Positions 15,861 to 21,099 of a stretch of 21,099 bases of DNA are shown in pieces; the first letter of the stretch is position 1; every line of letters starts with the position of its first letter. Origin of the DNA: Candidatus Iainarchaeum sp. (lineage in GTDB: Archaea > B1Sed10-29 > WALL01); assembly GCA_021162685.1 (NCBI GenBank), contig JAGGYF010000043.1:1-21099 (forward strand). The letters are read 5' to 3'. A model generated the notes under the pieces. It did no database searches. It saw only the letters and a list, made by a program, of their open reading frames with translations, and had not been told where the DNA came from. The translations under genes and the position numbers were made by a program.

Positions 15861-18497
15861 TTATGCTAGGAAGTTTGCAGCAAATAGCGCAATAACCATA
15901 AGAATTACAGCATGCTTCAGCCCAGCCATAAAGTTGCCTTCTGTAAGCTCACCAATAGATATACCAGAAAAGAACGCCTGTATGAGGAATAGGTAGAACA
16001 TAATATCTGTAAATCTACTCCTAATATGCTCACGTGCAGCAGAGGTTACTGCTTGTGAAACACCAGGGATACTTATCCCAGATGAAGCATTCCCCATAAA
16101 GGGTGTTTGTGCCTTTGCTGCTTCAACAAATAGTGAGTTGTTCAATATTACAAGTACACCCAAGAAAACGATAAATATGATGTACCCGCTGATTATGTGT
16201 ATCTGTAGTTCGCTCATCCTCTTCTTTTTTAGGTTCCTTATGTGCCTGAAGTTAAAAGCAGTTGCTCCGAATATCTGTGATAGTCTTCCTCCCCCTGCCT
16301 TATATGCAGAGATTAAAACAGTGATAGCGCTTTTTATACTATCACTTTTTGTCTCCTCCCCTAACTTCTTGAATGCCTCAGGGAATGGAACGCCAAGTTC
16401 AATCCTATTGTTCAGCTTGTTGATAAGTTTGGAGAGCGGCCCATAATCTGAATTCTTTATTATCTTAAGTGCAGTTGGAAGAGGAAGTTGTGAACCCATG
16501 ATAGAATGTAAATCTGATAGGAAATCAGGGAATGCATCCTCATAGTGAATAACATTCTTATACTGTTTATAGTAATACACAAAACTCGGTATTATAAGTA
16601 TCAAGAAGGTTATGCCAAGCAATGTGTTTAACTGAAAGGGAGTTGGTTTTTCTGATGGTTGAACAAGGAATGGAACCGCTTTATTTCCTGCTTCATCCTC
16701 TAGATAGCCGAGGACAACTGCGTTCTCCAAGGTATCATTTGGTTGTATAGTATATATTCCCCTATACAAACCTGGTTTAACCTCTTCCATATCTGCTTTG
16801 ACAGAGTAGTTCGTGGTTGCGTTTATATCCCTCAGCTCAAACCACGCCTTGCATTCTGGCTCCCCTCTCATCCACACCTCTATAGTTTCCCCAATGAGTA
16901 ATGATTTCGTTGCATTATGCCATACATCCTCAATCGTTGGTGGGATTGTGTCAATGTAAAATGGGCTGCTTATAATTGGTTCTGCTATATTTCCTGCTTT
17001 GTCCACAAACTTTGCGAATATCCATGAAACAATAGACAGGTTTTCATTCTCTATCCTATACGTTCCCATGTATACTCCTGGCTCAACTTCTTCCATTACA
17101 ATGTTTTGGGATACATTTGATATATCAAATGTGGCAATGCCCTCTGGCTCGCTTCTAAAACTAACATTTACAGTAAAGTTCATACCAACTGCTGCCTTTA
17201 TGTTATGTTTGAATCCTACAATTGTTGGTACAATGGTATCCACTATCACTGGATTTTTAGCAGCAACGCTCCTGGCTAAATTCCCTGCCCTATCCTTGAA
17301 TATGCCTATTACTTCTGCACCCTCAGTATTCTCATCCGTGATTTTATATGTACCAACATAAAGTCCTGGCTCAACTTCTTCCATGTCATACGTATTCTCC
17401 AAAAACTTAAATTTCGCTGTGCCTCCCGGCTCTGCTTCAAGCGTTACTTCCAAAACATCCCCAGATTTAAGGGGGGAGATTGCATTGTGCGAGATAGAAA
17501 GTATAATAGGCGGCAATGAATCAAGTTCAATAGGTGTGAATATTCTTATACTCTGATTCCCGTCTTTTGTGAGAACAACCCTTACATCTGGTTTCTTCTC
17601 AATTCCATATACATCAAATGTATATTCTCCTTTGTATATGCCAGGCGCTGTTTCAGCCATCTTTGTGACTGGTGAGAAACCAATAACCTCAAATGTTGCA
17701 TTGCATCCCTTCTCACCGTGCAATCTGAATTCAACACTCTCACCAAAAGTCAACGGCTTTGTCACATTTGTTTCCAGTCCAAATATGCTTGGACCGGGTG
17801 TATCAATAGAAACATTCATTGTTCTTTCGATGTCGGCTTTGTTTCCAAGATAATCCTCTGTGTGTATAACAATATCCAGCTTTTTCCTATCATCCCCGTT
17901 CTTTACTGTATATTGTGCAATGTATACTCCTGGCTCAGTTTCTGTGCATGGAATTCCCTCTACAATTGTTTTGATGTCCAAAGACAATGTTGCGTTTTCT
18001 TCTGAACGAATAGTGAATGTTATAACCTCGCCAGCACCATACCTTTCCTTATCTGTACTTATTGCACTAATTTCAGGCGGTGAGACATCTATATGTATGC
18101 TCCTTCCGTTCAATCTCACAGTATTATTTAACTTCATAAGAATTGCTTCAACACTGATATTCATTGATTTATTTACTCTTTCAAATGCATAGTCCAATGC
18201 ATACTCTCCTTTTGATATCTCATTCATTGGTACGATTTCATCTATCTCTTTAAAATTAACAAACGCCAGCGCATTTTCAGTGCCTCTGAGTGTGAAATGA
18301 ACCACCGTCGTGTTGCTTATTGGCTCAACAGCAGTATGATTGAAGTAGGATATATTCACCTTTACAAGATAGGTCGGCTCAACACGTATATATCCTCCAC
18401 GTTCCATTGTTGTACTATAAAAATAGTATCCTACTGTGAAGGTAATCACTGCTAGAATCAATGATACAATCACTGTGTTTACCAATGTTTTCTCCAC
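15861..18497 (-). CDS. Type II secretion F-family (TadC/PilC-like) pilus platform protein with about six extracellular Ig-like repeats
   Basis: C-terminal T2SSF signature (FPDFLSDL...G..LP.AL....DYGPLS..I......IELG.PF.EAF...AYKAGG) and terminal IQAFFSG..IG.L.EG....GLKH helices. N-terminal TM followed by about 96-aa repeats with E..PG.Y.G.Y. The GTG start overlaps the upstream TAG by 1 nt. Confidence 0.92.
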   Translation of the reverse strand: MEKTLVNTVIVSLILAVITFTVGYYFYSTTMERGGYIRVEPTYLVKVNISYFNHTAVEPISNTTVVHFTLRGTENALAFVNFKEIDEIVPMNEISKGEYALDYAFERVNKSMNISVEAILMKLNNTVRLNGRSIHIDVSPPEISAISTDKERYGAGEVITFTIRSEENATLSLDIKTIVEGIPCTETEPGVYIAQYTVKNGDDRKKLDIVIHTEDYLGNKADIERTMNVSIDTPGPSIFGLETNVTKPLTFGESVEFRLHGEKGCNATFEVIGFSPVTKMAETAPGIYKGEYTFDVYGIEKKPDVRVVLTKDGNQSIRIFTPIELDSLPPIILSISHNAISPLKSGDVLEVTLEAEPGGTAKFKFLENTYDMEEVEPGLYVGTYKITDENTEGAEVIGIFKDRAGNLARSVAAKNPVIVDTIVPTIVGFKHNIKAAVGMNFTVNVSFRSEPEGIATFDISNVSQNIVMEEVEPGVYMGTYRIENENLSIVSWIFAKFVDKAGNIAEPIISSPFYIDTIPPTIEDVWHNATKSLLIGETIEVWMRGEPECKAWFELRDINATTNYSVKADMEEVKPGLYRGIYTIQPNDTLENAVVLGYLEDEAGNKAVPFLVQPSEKPTPFQLNTLLGITFLILIIPSFVYYYKQYKNVIHYEDAFPDFLSDLHSIMGSQLPLPTALKIIKNSDYGPLSKLINKLNNRIELGVPFPEAFKKLGEETKSDSIKSAITVLISAYKAGGGRLSQIFGATAFNFRHIRNLKKKRMSELQIHIISGYIIFIVFLGVLVILNNSLFVEAAKAQTPFMGNASSGISIPGVSQAVTSAAREHIRSRFTDIMFYLFLIQAFFSGISIGELTEGNFMAGLKHAVILMVIALFAANFLA
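16680..18330 (-). repeat. Array of about six ~95-100-aa beta-rich protein repeats (approximate bounds)
   Basis: Cores EISKGEY, ETEPGVY, ETAPGIY, EVEPGLY, EVEPGVY and EVKPGLY, with ID..PP.I linkers and D.AGN turns. An identical 21-mer at 17076-17096 and 17364-17384 is 288 nt (96 aa) apart. Confidence 0.9.
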
Positions 18498-19375
18498 TAT
18501 ATCACTTCTGGTTGTGTCATCTTTACAATAATGATGAACATGATGTTTATCAGGGGTATTCCAACAAATACGCCAGCAACAAACAATTGGAATGTAATTT
18601 CAGGCGATACAACGGCGCCGCCTATGAGGTCCCCTACTCCACTAGAACTGATAAAATCAATAATTGCAATGCCAGTGATGAACAGCAGTGGAGCAACAAG
18701 GGCAACTACTAGGTATATGCTACCAAGTGTGTCAGATACTCTTTCATACTCCTCTTGCTGTCTTTCGTAATGTGCCATCCTATCCTCTGCTTTCTCCTCA
18801 AAGAACCGTGTTATGTTTCCACCAGAGATGATCTCACTCTTCAGGCTTTTTAGTATCTCCCTGAATTGTTTTGATGGACATTTTTCAGATTCTCTTTCAA
18901 GCGCAGTCGGTAGGTCCATACCCAGTACATTACAATCTCTTGCTATCCTTCGTGCCTCTTTTGATATTTCCTCGTATTCTTCAAAGTCAGCAAGCATTGA
19001 GAATGCAGTAATCGGAGGAGCGCCAGAACCAAGGAGTGCTGCCATATAATTCAGTGCCAGTGGCAACTCAGCATCAATCTTCTTTTTTCTTGAATCCACT
19101 CTTTCCATAGGATAGATATACAAAAGGAAAAGGAGAAGTAGCGAGGCAAGCATTGCTCCCAAAAATTTTAGGAATATATCGGCTGTTGGCAAAATAACAA
19201 ATACTATAACAAACGCTATTGCAGTTGTCACAATCACTGCGCTAACATATTCATGGAATAGTAATGGGATGGATGCTTGCTCATATATCTTTTTATAACT
19301 AGCAAACTTGTCTTTCAACCTGTTGTAACCTATTAACTCACCACACTTTTCAATATACCATTCAAGTGGATTCAT
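18497..19375 (-). CDS. Type II secretion F-family (TadC/ArlJ-like) pilus platform protein
   Basis: YP..R..SR..KID.ELP.AL.YM..L.GSG, EISKEA.RI.RD..VLG.D...AL......PS..F, SGG motifs; four TM helices. ATG 19375 preferred over GTG 19381 because of the GGTGA SD-like sequence just upstream. Confidence 0.93.
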   Translation of the reverse strand: MNPLEWYIEKCGELIGYNRLKDKFASYKKIYEQASIPLLFHEYVSAVIVTTAIAFVIVFVILPTADIFLKFLGAMLASLLLLFLLYIYPMERVDSRKKKIDAELPLALNYMAALLGSGAPPITAFSMLADFEEYEEISKEARRIARDCNVLGMDLPTALERESEKCPSKQFREILKSLKSEIISGGNITRFFEEKAEDRMAHYERQQEEYERVSDTLGSIYLVVALVAPLLFITGIAIIDFISSSGVGDLIGGAVVSPEITFQLFVAGVFVGIPLINIMFIIIVKMTQPEVI

Positions 19376-19377
19376 TA

Positions 19378-20949
19378 TCACCCACTCTCGCTTTCCAAAA
19401 GTTTAAACGCCATATCTGGATTATTTTGATACATATGGATCCAAACAGGGAAATCACTAAATGTTATATTCTTTTTCAACATTTCTTCAAGGAACTCTGC
19501 TCTTCTGAACATTTCCTTTTCCCCCAGCGTTTTCTCGTCTTCATCTGTGACCTCTTTATACACAGCGCCTTTTTTGTGTTTGAGCATACCATACTCCTCT
19601 AATATCTTGCTTCCTCCAAGATATTCCAAAATATCCTCCTTTGGTTTCCACTTAAATATCTTCTTTGATTCTATATCCCTTCCAGATGGCATTATCTCAA
19701 TAATCTCCTTTGCCCTCCTTGCATTTTCTTTTATCTCTGGTGTTGATATCTGCAATACTAAAATATCTAATATCTTTATCAAGCTCTTTGGGAGATTTAT
19801 AGGAGGAGTTGAGAGCCTCTCTATCACAGCATCTAATGACTCTGCATGAATTGTTCCAAGGCCAGAGTGCCCAGATGCCATACCTTGAAACATCACTGTT
19901 GCCTCTTTTCCCCTCACCTCTCCTACAATAACGTAATCTGGTCTTTGTCTAAAAGATGCTTTTAGGAGGTCAAACATAGAAACTTCGCCGTACTTCTCTC
20001 CAGAACCTGTGCTAGCCAATCCACTTCTTGATATGCTCTGAATCCAGTTCTCATGTAGCAGATTAAGTTCTGCAGTATCCTCTATGCTCACGATTTTCAG
20101 GTTCTCAGGTATGAAAAGAGAGATGGCATTCAGCACAGTTGTTTTACCAGATGCTGTCCCTCCACATATCAGGATGTTTTTCCTGGTTTCAATTGCGATC
20201 CACAAATAAGCCAGCGCCAATGAATTAAATGTACCCAACTTTATCAGGTCCAATGGAGTGAATGGTATCTCCCTAAACTTCCTTATGTCAAATGTTGGTC
20301 CTCTAACAGTGACACCTGCCCCAAATGTTGCATTTACTCTTGCACCGTTTTTTAGGCTGCCATCCAATAGTGGCTCTCCATACGAAATAAACCTACCACA
20401 CTTTTGTGATAGTTTTATAACGAAATTTTCAAGTTCTTTCAGGTCTTTATAGACGATGTTTGTTTTTATGCTCCCAAAGTCCCTATGACTTATGTATATA
20501 GGTATGTTCAGCCCATCACATGATATATCCTCAATGTTTGGGTCATGCATCAATGGCTCTATCTTCTCCAAACCTAAGAAGTCCCTTTTCAGATAGTACA
20601 ATATGAGTTTCTCCTCTTCTGGGTCAAATTTGATTTTAAACCGCTTCTTAAACTCCTCAAATTTTTTGTTTATGTACTCCTCAAGATTGTCTTCAACAAG
20701 TTCAACGTCTGCATCCATCACTTCTATAATATACTTCTTTATCTTCTCTATCTCACCAATCTCCTTGTTCGTTATTTTTGGTTCAATGACCTTGTATATC
20801 AATGTTTTACCAACCCTCTCAATACGCGCTTTTGCATAACCTGGGATGAGCCAATACTCTCTGATAACCCCCTCTTTTGGCTTCTTCTCCACTGTTTTGA
20901 CCTTGCCCTTCGTCTTTCGCTCCTTCTTCCCTTTCTTTTTTGCCACCAT
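19378..20949 (-). CDS. Archaeal type IV pilus assembly ATPase (VirB11/TadA/ArlI family)
   Basis: DPNIEDISCDG, Walker A GGTASGKTT, Asp box SIEDTAEL, RQRPDYVIVGEVRG (Walker B), His box SGHSGLGTIHA. Confidence 0.97.
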   Translation of the reverse strand: MVAKKKGKKERKTKGKVKTVEKKPKEGVIREYWLIPGYAKARIERVGKTLIYKVIEPKITNKEIGEIEKIKKYIIEVMDADVELVEDNLEEYINKKFEEFKKRFKIKFDPEEEKLILYYLKRDFLGLEKIEPLMHDPNIEDISCDGLNIPIYISHRDFGSIKTNIVYKDLKELENFVIKLSQKCGRFISYGEPLLDGSLKNGARVNATFGAGVTVRGPTFDIRKFREIPFTPLDLIKLGTFNSLALAYLWIAIETRKNILICGGTASGKTTVLNAISLFIPENLKIVSIEDTAELNLLHENWIQSISRSGLASTGSGEKYGEVSMFDLLKASFRQRPDYVIVGEVRGKEATVMFQGMASGHSGLGTIHAESLDAVIERLSTPPINLPKSLIKILDILVLQISTPEIKENARRAKEIIEIMPSGRDIESKKIFKWKPKEDILEYLGGSKILEEYGMLKHKKGAVYKEVTDEDEKTLGEKEMFRRAEFLEEMLKKNITFSDFPVWIHMYQNNPDMAFKLLESESG

Positions 20950-20970
20950 ACAAATCCAATCATCTTATAG

Positions 20971-20987
20971 TATATAAAATATATATA
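20971..20987. promoter_or_regulatory. Shared bidirectional TATA region between the pilus ATPase operon and the prepilin
   Basis: TATATAAAATATATATA lies centrally in a 61-bp spacer, 21-23 nt from each ATG. Confidence 0.6.
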
Positions 20988-21010
20988 CGTGACTGGTTAA
21001 TATACAACAA

Positions 21011-21099
21011 ATGAAAGGCCAATCACCAATTGTAGAGTTTGCGTTGCTAGTTCTTATCACGTCTATAGTGGCAACAACGTTCTACCTCTTCTATTGGTC
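21011..21099 (+). CDS. Class III signal peptide protein (archaeal type IV pilin-like), partial
   Basis: Not in the ORF track. Translates MKG|QSPIVEFALLVLITSIVATTFYLFYW...: a basic leader, G|Q cleavage site and hydrophobic helix, divergent from the pilus operon. Confidence 0.85.
   Translation, partial: MKGQSPIVEFALLVLITSIVATTFYLFYW

Noticed and set aside
18497-20949. Archaellum (arlI/arlJ) assignment
   Set aside because: No arlH, arlF, arlG or archaellin genes are visible, and two separate single-domain platform genes fit a pilus system better. No gene symbols assigned.

Overview
A gene-dense, AT-rich archaeal window. Archaeal-type IleRS, a box C/D sRNA, a class III prepilin, TATA boxes about 25 nt from start codons and many Lys/Glu-rich orphans suggest a small-genome DPANN-like lineage (inference). 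From left to right it holds: (1) a truncated orphan CDS with an 85-aa internal duplication, missing from the ORF track; (2) a HerA/FtsK-superfamily (DUF87-type) ATPase with a 584-aa LAGLIDADG intein in Walker A and an unusual C-terminal tail; (3) two divergently transcribed orphans; (4) a small DIT1/PvcA (isocyanide synthase)-like gene with a hairpin leader, divergent from a TrmB-like regulator; (5) ileS; (6) a transglutaminase-like/TPR protein; (7) an unannotated box C/D guide RNA predicted to target both 16S rRNA C1402 and C34 of an intron-containing pre-tRNA-Met; (8) a membrane-anchored Ig-like surface protein; (9) a type IV pilus (Tad-like) operon, in which one platform protein carries about 590 aa of extracellular repeats, plus the start of a divergent prepilin. 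A 13-bp pseudo-palindrome lies exactly 10 nt upstream of both the HerA-like and surface-protein start codons. All calls come from manual reading; no searches were run.
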